Below, one piece after another: positions 11,736-23,265 of a stretch of DNA of 64,000 nt. Source of the DNA: an uncultured Armatimonadetes bacterium (GTDB lineage Bacteria > Armatimonadota > UBA5829). A program made the position numbers and the translations under genes. Location: positions 261,262-325,261 of the forward strand of contig CAVQDB010000004.1 in the NCBI GenBank assembly GCA_963711155.1, read 5' to 3'. Each line of letters begins with the position of its first letter. Position 1 is the stretch's first letter. Under the pieces are notes generated by a model. That model was not told the origin of the DNA, made no database searches, and saw only the letters and a list, made by a program, of their open reading frames with translations.

Positions 11736-14700
11736 CTAGTCTGACTTGACGCCGGACACTCCGTGGAGGACCGGAACGATCGTCTCACCAGTCATCTCGG
11801 CGCCAAGAGCGCCTGTAACCGCGACATAGTCGTCGATCGCAGCCGCAAACGCCGAGGGCTTGTATACCTTCACGCTCGCGCCGCTGCCGTCGGTTATTGT
11901 GAAGTAGGAGTCGTCCGTGGCCACGAAATCGACAGTACCCCACGTGGTCATGTAGAGTCCAACGCCCGACAGATCGAGCACGGTCCGCCCGTTCATGCCC
12001 AGCGGACCAGGAATGCTACCGCTGCCCACGGGTGTCACTTGAGCACCGTCGATGACCCGCTCACCGTTCACAGTCTTCAGCGTTCCGATGACGTCTACCA
12101 GTGAACCCGAGGTCGCCGCGCCGTTGACTCGGATGCCGCTGCTGCGATCGCTTTCCTCTACGTAGAAGAAGCCGGCAAACGCGGCGCTCACAACCTTGCC
12201 GCTGATGCTCACGGCAACGTCATCGGCCATGCCTTTGAGATCCGACAGTCTATCGACCGGTATGCCCGACATCGGCTCTTCGAGCACCGCATCGTCGTAA
12301 GTAACCCAGCCGTGCTGCCAGTGACCCCCATAGCTCAGACCGCCAATATACGTCTCCATCATGAACCGGACCTTGGCGGTACCGGCCTGGGTCGTGAACT
12401 CCTCGGCGAGCCGAGTATACTCAGTCGGAGTCGTGACGAGAACCGGAGTGTGGTCTAGAACCATGCCGCCATCGGCAGCGAGTTCGATGATATGCAGGCC
12501 CGCGCAGTCGCCAGAGCCCTCTACCCCGAACCCACTACCATCAAGATCGACGGCCCTTAGCCACAGCGAGGCCTTGCAGAGCGTCTCCGGCGAGACCGGG
12601 ACATCCTGGTAGACCTCGTGATGTCCCGCGGCGGATGTGGTATGGCGAGAAGCCTCTGTTCCGCTGTGCGGAGCCCACGGACCATTGCTCACTCCCCATG
12701 GCTCCGCGGCGTCCTTGTAGACGCTCGACTCGCGTCTCAGGTAGCTGACGGAGTTTCCCCACAACTGGAACGTCCAGCCCTGGTCAATCAGGATATCTCC
12801 GTTCGCCGCGGCATCAATATAGGGAGCCTGTGTGTCCTCGAAGCCCGGATTGACAAGCAAGTTGTTCGCCGGCAGCCGGATGAGATCGTAGTCGATCTGG
12901 TTGGTCCCGTCCACCAGAACCTTGTACTTGTTCTCCGACATATACCCTGTGTACTGCACGTTGATCGTGGACAGTTGGCCGGTTATGGGGATGTCGGCGA
13001 TTGAGTAGATGCCATTCGATCCGGACACAGCCGACTTGCCTTCGACTGTCACCGTCGCACCGCTGACTGGTGATCCATCCAACCTGACCGTACCTGTTAC
13101 CGCCGCGACAGGCGCGTGCCCGGGCGGGCCGTCAAGCACCGCGTCGTCATAGTCGGCCCAGCCCACCGACCAATGAACACTGAGGTCGGTTTCGATCGCG
13201 TACTTGATCTTGACGGTGGTCGGGCCGGTGGTGAAGTCGTCGGAAAGCCGAGTCCAATCAAGCGCTTCGGTGCTAACCACTGGGGTGTGATCCACAAGGA
13301 CGGCGTCGCCAGAGTCGAGTTCCGTGATGTGCAGACCAACCGTGTCGGCGGAGTTAAGGTTCACCCGCCTTGCCATCACCGAGGCCTTGTATGTTGTGTT
13401 CGGCAGAACCCACACGGTCTGGGATAGCTCGTGCTGCCCGCCCGGGTTTGCGGTGTGCCGCGAGCACTGCGTGCCGCTGAACGGCTCCCAAGGCCCGGGG
13501 CCCACTCCGTTCGGTTCAATACCGGAGTTGTATTGGAAGACAGTCGACTCGCGTCTGAGGTAAGCCGCGCCCGTCGACCAAAGCCTGCAAGTCCAGCCGC
13601 AACTGCTCTGCGGGACTCCGCTGCCCCCAGCCGCAATGTAAGGAGCGCCGCCGCTGCCGTCAATAGCGGGCTCGAAGTCGCCGTTGGCCAGCAACTGGCT
13701 GACCGGCAGCGCATGCAGGTCGAAATCAATCGTGGCCTCGCCTTGCTCCAGAGCCACGAACTTGTTCTCAGACCAGCACTCAGGGTGACTGGCAGTGACT
13801 TGGGTGGTGGTGGTCAGGATTCCAACGTCAGCGAGGGTATAGACACCATTCTCGTCTGTAGTGGCTGACTTCCCGCCCGCCGTTACCGTTGCGCCGGATA
13901 GGGGCTGTCCATCTTTGTAGACGGTGCCAGTCAACTGCGCTAGAGCAATCCCAGCGTCAAGCACGGCGTCGTCGTATACAACCTGGCCGTGCTGCCAGTG
14001 CCCACTGCCTGACCAGAGATTGCCGATGCTGGTCTCAAGCATGTAGAGGACTGTATTGGTCGTCGGCTGGGTGGTAAACTCATCAGAGAGCTTCGTCCAG
14101 TCAGTTGGCCCAGTGATCGAGACAACCGCATGGTCCAAGACAAGCTCGGTGCCATTGTACTCCTGGATATGCAGGCCCGCGTAGTCGCCCGAGCCAGCCA
14201 CTCCAAAGCCCAACTCGTCGAAGTTCCGCGCCTTGACCCACACATAGGCCTTGTACAGTGAATCCGGAGCTACCTCTACCTCCTGGTAGGCAAGTAGGAA
14301 ACCGTGACCGGACGTACAGTGGCGTGATGCCTCTGTTCCGCTGTGCGGCTCCCACGGGGCCGCGACGCCAGCAGGCTCAGGGGCGTCCTTGTTGAGGCTT
14401 GACTCACGTCTCAGGTAGCTGCCGGCGTCTCCCCATAACTGGAACGTCCAGCCCGAGTCCTGGCCGATCGCGCCGCCGGAGGCGCTGCCATACGGACCGC
14501 CCAGCTCAAAGTCCCCGTTTGCAAGCCGGTTGTTGGCCGGCGGCGCAATTAGCGCGAAATCGACCGTGTTGGGCCCGTCCACGAGAACAGGGTAACTGTA
14601 TCCGACATATAGCCCGGGTTATGCACGTTTATCGCGGATGCTGCGCCCGTGAGCTCGATGCCGTCGATTGTATAGACGCCATCGCCGCCCGTCACAGCCG

Positions 14701-15419
14701 ACTTGCCTCCAGCCGTGACCGTCGCGCCGGTAACCGCTGATCCGTCCAGAGTCACCGTGCCGGTCAGATCGGCGTGGGGCAATACGCCGGCGGGGCCATC
14801 GAGTAATGCATCGTCGAACGACGTGCGTCCTTTGTCATACCTGCAGTGAATGAGGCTGCGTAGGATAAACTCCACTCTGTAGGTCGTGGGACTGGTGTGG
14901 AACGGCATCGATAGCAGCGTGTAGTCGACGGGATCGGTGATATCGATCTCGCCGTGATCCGCTGTCAGGTTGCCACCGAGGCCATACTCCCTGATCCACA
15001 GCCCCGCGCAGTCAGTGGTGCCAGCAGCGCCGAATCCCGTAGCGTCGCCGGAGTAGTCCCATCCCTTGACATATACCGAAGCCGTATAGTCAGTGTCGGG
15101 CACGACGATGGCTACCTGTTTGGATATCGATTCGCCGTTACCTTCAGTCGAGTGGGACATCGCATTCGCGCCGGAATGGAAGCGAGCGTCACCACCGTAG
15201 TGTATCTCTTCGACCGAGTAGCTGGCATTGCCCGGGAACTCGGCTGTCCAGCCGTGGGTCACGCCGCTCGCTCCAAAGTAGCCCATCATCAGATCGTCAG
15301 CCTTCTTCAAACCCCGGGTTAGCAAGCAGGTTCGCTGCCAGGCAGGCGTGTGGCGCCAGTAGAGCAATGCTCGCCAGGACTGCCGCCAGAGCAACCCATC
15401 TCTTGGTTTCGATTGTCAT
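11736..15419 (-). CDS. Large secreted repeat protein: four CBM-like jelly-rolls alternating with three carboxypeptidase-regulatory-like domains, plus a C-terminal OB-fold-like domain (frameshifted)
   Basis: Signal peptide MTIETKRWVALAAVLAS; repeated NLL(A/V)NPGFE...YDDAVL units with linkers GTVxxDGxPxSGATVT; ORFs 14549..15394 and 11736..14582 join. Confidence 0.75.
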
Positions 15420-15665
15420 CTCCCTACATCTCCTTTCGCTTTGCCAACGCGTCACCCGCGCCCTGTTCAAGCGGGCGAGTAACCTGAATCCGTACCTATT
15501 CGCCCAGATTTGCAGCTCTAGTTGCAGTAACCACCTCCGCTCCTCTCATCTCCTCGACCTGTCTCTTTCGAGATCGAGTCGGGAACCTCGCCTGCCGCCT
15601 TCAACTGCTCCGGCCACTACGATGTTGCTCCGCGACACGGCTTGGCTCCCGACATCTGATGGAAA

Positions 15666-16499
15666 CTATGACATCGGACTCTCGTGGTCCGTCTCGATGC
15701 CGTCAGGCCCTGCCACGACGACATCAATCCCTCGCGCGGTAAACTCCTCTACCGTCACCCGGCTCACGCCGGTGTCCGTGATCAGCACATCGATCAGATC
15801 GACCGGCCCGACCCGCGCATACGCGAACCGGCCGAACTTGCTGGAGTCGCACAGCAGCACCAGCTTGTTGCCGTGGCCGATGATGCGATACTCCATAAGC
15901 GCGGCGTCTATGTCTATCGCGCCTATCCCGCGCTCGACGTCCACCGCCGAAGCGCTCAAGAACGTAACATCCCAGCTAGCCATGTCCAGAATGTGCTCGG
16001 ACCACGAGCAGTCTGACGAGTAGCTGTCCGTCCGAATGTTGCCGCCGAGTAGGCCCACGGGCACTCCTTTGCTCGAGGCCAGGTACACGGCTATCTCGGG
16101 CGAACCGGTGATGATGCGCCCCTGCCAACCGTCGGGCACGTTCATCGCCATCTGGTAGGTCGTGCTTCCGGCTCCGATGAATGCCGACCCTGTCTCCGGC
16201 AGATAGCTGAGCGCGGCCTGACCGATCCACGCCTTCATCTGCAGGTTCTCACCGCGAAGCGCGGAGTAGGGCCGGTGGTGTACGTCGGCCTCCAAGGCGA
16301 TGGCCCCACCGTGAGACCTGATGAGCTTTCCCTCCTCGTGAAGTCCGTCAAGGTCGCGGCGGACCGTATCGGGATTCACTCCCAGCTCCTTAGCCACTTC
16401 CGAGACGTTCACGGAGCCGCGCTCCAGTGCCAAGCCGTATATCCTGCGGCGGCGCTCTGCCGCAATCAACCCGTTCCTCGAAGACTGTCTTGTCGCCAT
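15666..16499 (-). CDS. DeoR/GlpR family transcriptional regulator
   Basis: ERRRRI...V..DTVRRDL..L....LIRSHGGA HTH, FIGAGSTT, LCDSSKFG. Confidence 0.95.
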   Translation of the reverse strand: MATRQSSRNGLIAAERRRRIYGLALERGSVNVSEVAKELGVNPDTVRRDLDGLHEEGKLIRSHGGAIALEADVHHRPYSALRGENLQMKAWIGQAALSYLPETGSAFIGAGSTTYQMAMNVPDGWQGRIITGSPEIAVYLASSKGVPVGLLGGNIRTDSYSSDCSWSEHILDMASWDVTFLSASAVDVERGIGAIDIDAALMEYRIIGHGNKLVLLCDSSKFGRFAYARVGPVDLIDVLITDTGVSRVTVEEFTARGIDVVVAGPDGIETDHESPMS

Positions 16500-16578
16500 C
16501 TGTAGTCCTCCGTTCCGACCTGGAGGTTCGCACGCAATCCGGTAGGTCGCTGCGGGCCATAGGGTCGAAGTCATGCAC

Positions 16579-16680
16579 ATATTGCCACAGAAACACGGCC
16601 TTGTCAACTGGTATTTTGCCATTATTTGCGAGTATTTACGACTATAGGGCTTGACAAGAGCCATTCTGGCGGGGTAGACT
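16579..16680. promoter_or_regulatory. Divergent sigma70-like promoters with candidate DeoR operator repeats
   Basis: Plus strand: TTGACA(16651)-N18-TAGACT. Minus strand: TTGACA(16607)-N17-CAATAT. Three TATTT(T)RC-like repeats lie between them. Confidence 0.5.
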
Positions 16681-16746
16681 TCCGTTTGGGTGAGCTTCGG
16701 GCCGGCACTACCGGCCGCGGCCATACGGCACACCGAGGTGAGTGGC

Positions 16747-17559
16747 GTGTATGAGGATCTGAACGGGAAAGTAGCCGTCGTTACGGGGGCGGGAGGCGTT
16801 CTGTGCGGGACGATCTCGAAGGCGCTCGCTGGATTGGGCGTCAGGGTCGCCGTGTTGGACATATCCGCTCAAGCGGCGGCCAAGACCGCCGGCGAGATCG
16901 GCGAGTCCGGCGGCGATGCTCTGGCGATCGCTTGTGATGCTCTCGACAAGGCTGGCGTAAAAGACGCGGTTGGAGGCATCCTTCGCCGTTGGAACACGAT
17001 CGACATCCTGATTAACGGTGCGGGTGGAAGCCGCAAGGAGACTACGACTACGCCTGAACTGGAGTTCTTCGACATTGAGCCGGACGACATATCCAGCGTC
17101 CTCCGACTCAACTATATGAGTGCCGTCGTGCCCTCCCAGGTCATCGGCAGGGTTTTCAACGAGCAGAAGGCTGGAGTCATACTGAACATCACCTCCATCG
17201 CCGGTATCTCGCCTCTCACACGCACGATCGCCTACTCCAACGGCAAAGCCGCGGCGAACAGCTTCACACAGTGGCTGGCGGTCCACATGGCACGGACGTA
17301 TTCCGCGAATATCCGCGTAAATGCCATCGCTCCGGGATTTGTCCTCACGAAGCAGAACAGGTTCCTGATGGTCGACGAGGATACCGGCGAGATGACCGAA
17401 CGGGCCAGAGCGGTCATCGCCAACGTGCCCATGGCTCGTTTCGCTGACCCGGAAGAGGTCGTGGGCGCCGCCCTCTGGCTGGTCTCGGACAGTGCAAGCT
17501 TCGTAACAGGCGCTGTTATCCCGGTAGACGGCGGCTACACGGCTTTCTCAGGGGTCTGA
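16747..17559 (+). CDS. SDR oxidoreductase, D-mannonate/fructuronate oxidoreductase-like (UxuB-II type)
   Basis: TGAGGVLC, ILINGAGG, PLTRTIAYSNGK (YxxxK), FTQWLAVHMA, PVDGGYTAFSGV. Confidence 0.85.
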   Translation: MYEDLNGKVAVVTGAGGVLCGTISKALAGLGVRVAVLDISAQAAAKTAGEIGESGGDALAIACDALDKAGVKDAVGGILRRWNTIDILINGAGGSRKETTTTPELEFFDIEPDDISSVLRLNYMSAVVPSQVIGRVFNEQKAGVILNITSIAGISPLTRTIAYSNGKAAANSFTQWLAVHMARTYSANIRVNAIAPGFVLTKQNRFLMVDEDTGEMTERARAVIANVPMARFADPEEVVGAALWLVSDSASFVTGAVIPVDGGYTAFSGV

Positions 17560-17588
17560 CACAAACACATCAACCGAGGTACACAGGC

Positions 17589-18626
17589 ATGTCCCGACTG
17601 CACGAACTGAACCAGTATCCGCTGGCCCTGTGGAACGACTCAGCCGAAGCGCAAGCCATGCAGTGCGCCGTCAAGATGGGCTGCAGAGGTGGAACGACCA
17701 ATCCTCCTCTCATACTCAAGGCGGCGAGAGCCGACAGCCGTTGGTCAGATCGTGCCGCCGCACTCTGCCGCGATCGCACGCCGGAGATCGCAGCCCAGCT
17801 TCTAGCGAACGAGATCAGGCTCGCGGCGGCGGCGGAGTTGATGCCTGTCTTCGAGGCGACGGGTGGACGGGAGGGCCGGCTGTGCGTGCAGGTGGACCCT
17901 CGCAACCACGAGGACGTGGAGGCGATGGTCGCTGAGGCCCAGCAGTTGTGGATGCTGGCCGCAAACCTCTACGTGAAGATCCCGCTGACCGGCTGCGGCC
18001 TTGCCGCAATGCGACGCCTCCTCGAACGAGGCATCTGGGTGACCGCCACTGTGAGCTTTACGGTGCCGCAGGTCCTCGCGGTCACGAGTATGTATGCGGA
18101 CTTCCTCAAGACATGGCACGGTGAGGACCCGCCCGGGCTTGCCGCCGTGCTGATGGTCGGCAGGATCGACGACTATCTCAAGGTCGTGAACGAGCAGATA
18201 AGCGCTGGAGTCCCGGATTCAGTCATCACCCAGGCTGGGGTTGCGGTGGCGAAACGGGCCTATCGGCTTCTGCGGGAACAAAGCATTCCCGGATTGCTGT
18301 TGCTGGCCGCCCCGCGAGGATTGTATCATATTACTGAGTTCCTTGAGATGGACGCAGTTATGACCGCCGGGCCGGCAATACGCAACCTGGGCTATGAATC
18401 AGCGGCGCCGCTTGTGCCCGGGTTGACGCCAACCGATGATGCCGTCCAGGCACTGAGCGCCGCGTTCCCTGAGTTTCTTCAGGCTTATGAGCCGGACGGC
18501 CTGTCGGTCGATGAGTTCGCCAACTACGGGGCGACAGTGCGAACGCTGAATGAGTTCGTGTCGGCTCAGGAGGAACTGGAGCGGTTTGTATGCCGGTGCG
18601 CGGAGAACATAACCGCATGGACATGA
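17589..18626 (+). CDS. Transaldolase family protein (atypical long subtype)
   Basis: GGTTNPPLI, VQVDP, NLYVKIP (Schiff-base Lys), TATVSFTVPQ, MVGRIDDYLK. Confidence 0.9.
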   Translation: MSRLHELNQYPLALWNDSAEAQAMQCAVKMGCRGGTTNPPLILKAARADSRWSDRAAALCRDRTPEIAAQLLANEIRLAAAAELMPVFEATGGREGRLCVQVDPRNHEDVEAMVAEAQQLWMLAANLYVKIPLTGCGLAAMRRLLERGIWVTATVSFTVPQVLAVTSMYADFLKTWHGEDPPGLAAVLMVGRIDDYLKVVNEQISAGVPDSVITQAGVAVAKRAYRLLREQSIPGLLLLAAPRGLYHITEFLEMDAVMTAGPAIRNLGYESAAPLVPGLTPTDDAVQALSAAFPEFLQAYEPDGLSVDEFANYGATVRTLNEFVSAQEELERFVCRCAENITAWT

Positions 18627-19861
18627 ATCCCCCGCACAAAGCACGTTCTCGGCGGAAGAGCTGGCAACTGTACCGGACGTCTGCCGTCCCAAGGCGCTCG
18701 GGGCGGTCCCGCGACTGGGATTGGGGTCTCGAACAACCGTGCTGGGGTGGCCGGCGATCTTCACGTTCCTCTCAGAGAAGGGCATCTTCGCCAACGCGAT
18801 ACAAAACTCGGTTGCGCGAGAGCTGATGCCTCTCGATGCGCTCAAGGGCGGTCTTGGGCGGCCAAGCGCCTACCTTCCTGGACTGGGATCGGGTACACGT
18901 GGGGCATACCGGCTCGACGATCGAAGGCTTGGTTCACTGGGGAATGATGGCGGCCCGCGAGTGCGGCTACCAGGGGCCGGGCTACGGCGCGGACGCCGAT
19001 CACCTGCCGGTGCATCATCCGACGACCGACGACTGGCGCAAGACCAGGCAGTTCATTGAGTGCTCCAGGGACTATTCCCACTTCACCCTCGACGTGGGAC
19101 CGGTTGTTCGTTGGGAAGAGAATCCGCTTGCAAGACTGCGCGCGGTACCGGAGTGCGTGACCGCGGCAGTGGACGTGATCCGCGCGGTAAAGCGCGAATC
19201 CGGCTTCGACCTGGAGATCAGCCTGGACGAAAGCTCGGAGGGTGTCGGCCCTGAAGATGCGGCGACGAGGCCGGAAGAGATCGAGTGGGTCCTTGCGAAA
19301 CTGGCTGAGCGCGGAATCCAGGTCAGTTACGTCGCCCCACACCTCGGCTTCCACAAGGGCGGCGATGCGGTCGGAACCGAAGGGCGTGAGAGACTGCACG
19401 CCCTGGCATCCGAGCTGGGGCGCATATCACGTGACGCCGGAGCCCTTCTGAGCATTCACTCCGGAGATTACCTGTCCCGCGACACGCGAAGAACCCTCGG
19501 CGAGGCCTGCGCCGGGCAGTTGCTGTTCAAAGTCTCGCCGTCCATACAGGATTTGTTTGCCGATGCCGTCGTCGCCCACGATCCCAAGCTTGCAGGGCAA
19601 TGGACCGAGTTCGTGGCAGAGCTGGCGGGGCCGGGAAAAGCCGACTTTCGCGAGTACGCGTTCGAGGCATTCGGCAAGAGAGATGAGCACGAAGCGTTTG
19701 GTATGCGGAAACTGCTCTACGCCGCAAACGAGGCGGCGCAGGGCGCTTTCAGAGACAATCTCCGCAACTATCTGGGGGAACTGCAGACGGACCTGGGCAT
19801 CACCGGGTCTGCCGTAATAGGAGAAAGCAATGAAGAAGTCACAAGACATGCGGGCCGATAG
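18617..19861 (+). CDS. Tagaturonate/fructuronate epimerase-like protein, UxaE family (frameshifted)
   Basis: LGLGSR, IQNSVAREL, YGADADHL, DLEISLDE, VAPHLGFHKG and LSIHSGD motifs spread over three frames. Confidence 0.75.
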
Positions 19862-21381
19862 CAGTGCTCGATTCCCGGGGCCGAACGGCGTCGAGAGGCT
19901 CGGGATGTTCGTTGGCGGGAAATGGACGCTATCTCGAACGGACGTCTACTCCCCGGTCTACAACGCGAGCACCGGCGAGGTGATCGCCGAGACTCCAAGA
20001 TGCACAGAGGATGAGGTGAACGCGGCTGTGGCTCTGGCGAAGGCGGCGTTCGAGCCTTGGTGGGAGACTCCGGTCCAGCAGAGAGTGCAGGTGCTGTTCC
20101 GGTTCAAGGCGCTCCTCGACTCGAACATCGATGCGCTCGCGACTACCCTCGCAACGGAAAACGGCAAGACCCGCGCGGAAGCGGTGGGCGATATTGAACG
20201 CGGCAGGGAGATAGTGGAGTTTGCCTGCGGAGCGCCGACCTTGATGATGGGCGAGTCTCTTGAGAACGTCAGCAGAGGGCTGGATGTTGTCACATGGCGC
20301 CAGCCGCTGGGGGTGTGCGTCGGAATAGCTCCGTTCAACTTTCCTGCGATGATCCCGATGTGGATGTTTCCCATCGCGATCGCGTGTGGGAACACATTCG
20401 TGCTCAAAGCAGCAAGCATGGTGCCGAACACCGCGGCGAGGCTGATGGAACTGCTGCAAGAGGCGGGCCTGCCGGACGGAGTGGTCAACATGATCACCTG
20501 CGGGCGGGAGTCGGTCAAGCTTCTTCTCGAACACGCGGATGTCAAAGCGGTGAGTTTCGTTGGCTCGACCAGCGTGGGGCGCCTGATCTACCAGACGGCT
20601 GCCGGGCATGGCAAACGGGTCCAGGCGCTGACCGAGGCGAAGAACCACGCACTCGTAATGCCTGACTGCGTGCTGCCGAGGGCGGCCCAAGGGATTGTCA
20701 ACGCGGCATTCGGCTGCGCTGGCGAGCGGTGCATGGCCCTTCCGGTTGTGGTTGCCCACGAGGACATCGCGGATGAACTGGTCGGGCTGGTCGCCAAGAC
20801 CGCCAAGGGGATCGTCGTGGCGGACTCGTGCGACCCGAACTGCGGGATGGGGCCGCTTGTGTCCGCTGAGCAAAAGGAGAACGTTCTCCGCTGGATCGAG
20901 ACTGGCATCGCGGAGGGCGCGGAGCTCGTGCTCGATGGGCGGAGCGTAGTTGTGCCGGGCTGCGAGAACGGGTTCTTTGTCGGCCCGACCATATTCGACC
21001 AGGTGACCCAGGAGATGAGCGTAGGCCGCGAGGAGATATTCGGGCCTGGTACTGTGCGTCAAGCGGGTAAAGTCGTTCGAGGAAGGCCTTTCCCTCATCA
21101 ACGAGAGCCGGTTCGGGAACGGGTCGGCGATCTACACCCAGAGCGGGCGTTACGCGAGAGAGTTCGCGCACAGGGTCGGCGCCGGGATGGTCGGTGTGAA
21201 CGTGGGAATCCCGGTCCCGCTGGGGTTCTTCAGTTTCACCGGATGGAAGCAGTCGTTCTTCGGCGACTTGCATAGTCACGGCAAAGACGGCGTTCTCTTC
21301 TTCACTGAGAAGAAGTCGGTGAGCTACAGGTGGTTCGAAGAAGCGGACGCGCGCGTGAGCAGAGTCAGTACCTGGGACTGA
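19848..21381 (+). CDS. mmsA: CoA-acylating (methyl)malonate-semialdehyde dehydrogenase, IolA/MmsA family (frameshift near 21047)
   Basis: PFNFPAMIPMWMFP, SFVGST, EAKNH, AFGCAGERCMA, EEIFGP, GMVGVNVGIPVP, FFGDLH. Confidence 0.92.
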
Positions 21382-21945
21382 TCGACAGGCAGTCTGCCTC
21401 GCTCATGCCAGTTTGTACCAAGGATCGGTAGCACGGGCTGGAACAGACACGGTAAGCCGGGCGGCGACTGTTCATTCGCTTCGAAGTTCATGGGAGCCGT
21501 AACGGCCGGAATGCCTTACTGTGCCAGACTCTCGGTGCGGCCCCCGGCAAGGTATATTGGCAGGCAGGGCTATACAGCGCACTGGCGTGATGTTACCAAA
21601 CAGGCCGCCTGCTATAGCTGGTGGGACATATTGAAGAACGCGAGAGAACCAACCCTGGGCGCGCGAAAGATGAAGGCTATGAGCAATCAGGCCACTGACG
21701 ACAAGCGCATATCGAAGATGATCCGACAACCGAGGACGGAGCAGGTAGCGCCGTCGCGCGCCGTAACGTAAGGCCGGTGTGCGATGCGCTCGGTACAGCC
21801 GTTAGCATGTTTCTCACCGTATGCCGCGCGAGTGGTATGCTCTGTCAAAGTAGAGGCATCAGCGGGCCGAGACCAGGTCACAAGGTCTGTCAAGAACCGC
21901 TGCTGACAAAGACAAAGCATTAGTGAATGGGGGTTTCCTGTATAG

Positions 21946-21977
21946 TAGGGGGTGGCGCCGGTAGGCGCCACCCCTAG
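21946..21977. terminator. GC-rich hairpin at the left edge of the accessory region
   Basis: taggggg tggcgcc ggta ggcgcca cccctag inverted repeat. Confidence 0.45.
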
Positions 21978-21981
21978 CTGA

Positions 21982-22259
21982 TAGGCCAGGGAACCAACAG
22001 GAAAACTACAAACCATCCTCAGCATTGCCTCGGTGTTATGCGAAATCAAGCTCAGCCGACACACCGTAACTGCCGCCACTACATGTCCCCGGTTCTCAAG
22101 ATGAGAGATCGATCTGGTCTCGAAATTGCCCGAAAGCGGACTAGAGCGCCTCCGAAACTTAGTTTTCGCTAGCAACCAAATGGCTTCGATGACCAGGGAA
22201 CCGTCAGCAAGAATTTTCGATTGCGGGCTTGTGGTGGGCCAAGAATACTCGAAAACATG
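21982..22259 (+). repeat. Diverged ~280-bp non-coding direct repeat, copy 1
   Basis: Colinear shared blocks with 56785..57061, e.g. tcggtgttat, gttctca.gatgaga, gttttcgcta.caaccaaa, agcaagaattttcgattgc. Confidence 0.8.
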
Positions 22260-22524
22260 GCAACAGCCAAGCAGTGCAGATCGGAAGTCTCCCATCGCTT
22301 CGCGTCCACGGAATCGCTTGCGAACGCGCATTGCCGGCCGGTTGAGAAGGCAGCCATCAAACCTCAAGTACTTTCTGAATCTCAGGCGGAAGGATACCCT
22401 TCGGCACGATCAACCCGTCCACCATTACAAGGTTCTTGAATGGATCCCGCCGCCGCCTCTGTCAGCCAGCGCCGCTTCTCCTCAATCACCTCTTTGTCTC
22501 TCATAGCTCTTCTCTCCCATTTGA

Positions 22525-23236
22525 TCAGAGTGGATACACATTGCCAACTTCCGCGATGACCCACTCGCCGCATTGCTTTGCGCAAACCAAGTGAGATAGT
22601 CCAGCCTAGCTCGCATTTGCTGGTTACCGCTTTGGGAACAGCAATCGGGCCTAGGGACAGATCGCTCATAATGCTTTCCAGCCAGAGCTTGCCCGGTTCC
22701 ACCTTGGTGACTTTGAAGTGATCAAAAGTAAGCCCGCTCGGTGCTCTTGAGTATTGCTCCTGAACGAACTCGTCTAAAGCCTGCGCACATTCCTCGGCCC
22801 TCGGCAGGAGCTTCGCGGCCTTGGTCGCCTTCTCGGCAGCAGCCCTGCTTGCAGTAGGACTGGCATATCCTTTGCCCTCCAGCCAGGCCATGAGCTTCTT
22901 GGTCACAGTGCCGGCGGCGCGTAATGTATCCTTGCCGGCCATGACTTTCCGCACCATGAAGTAACTGAGGAACTCATCCACGTTACGCAGTATGTGTTCG
23001 GGACCGAATATGTTGCAGAACTCCATCTCTTCTTCGCTGTAGAGCCTGTCGTATCTCTCCGATTCCGTCTTGTCGAGATACTGGTATGCATAACCATTGA
23101 GGCTGTGCGCCAGCAGTTCCACAATGTCCCGATACTTCCTTTGAGTGGCGACCGAAAGGCCGGTGGTCTCTTCCTTGACGAATTCGTTCAGCGCGTCTGC
23201 TATGGTCGGTTTCGCTATGTCTTTGGGGTTGGTCAT
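22525..23236 (-). CDS. Hypothetical protein (probable frameshift near its 3' end)
   Basis: Start MTNPKDIAK; an alternative frame ends IAEVGNVYPL*; lies downstream of the AbiE pair. Confidence 0.55.
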
Positions 23237-23265
23237 GTCCGTATTTCCTCTTGCATCATTACTGC

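Noticed and set aside
21687-22367. 226-aa ORF over the 280-bp repeat
   Set aside because: No motifs, and no equivalent ORF over the second repeat copy.
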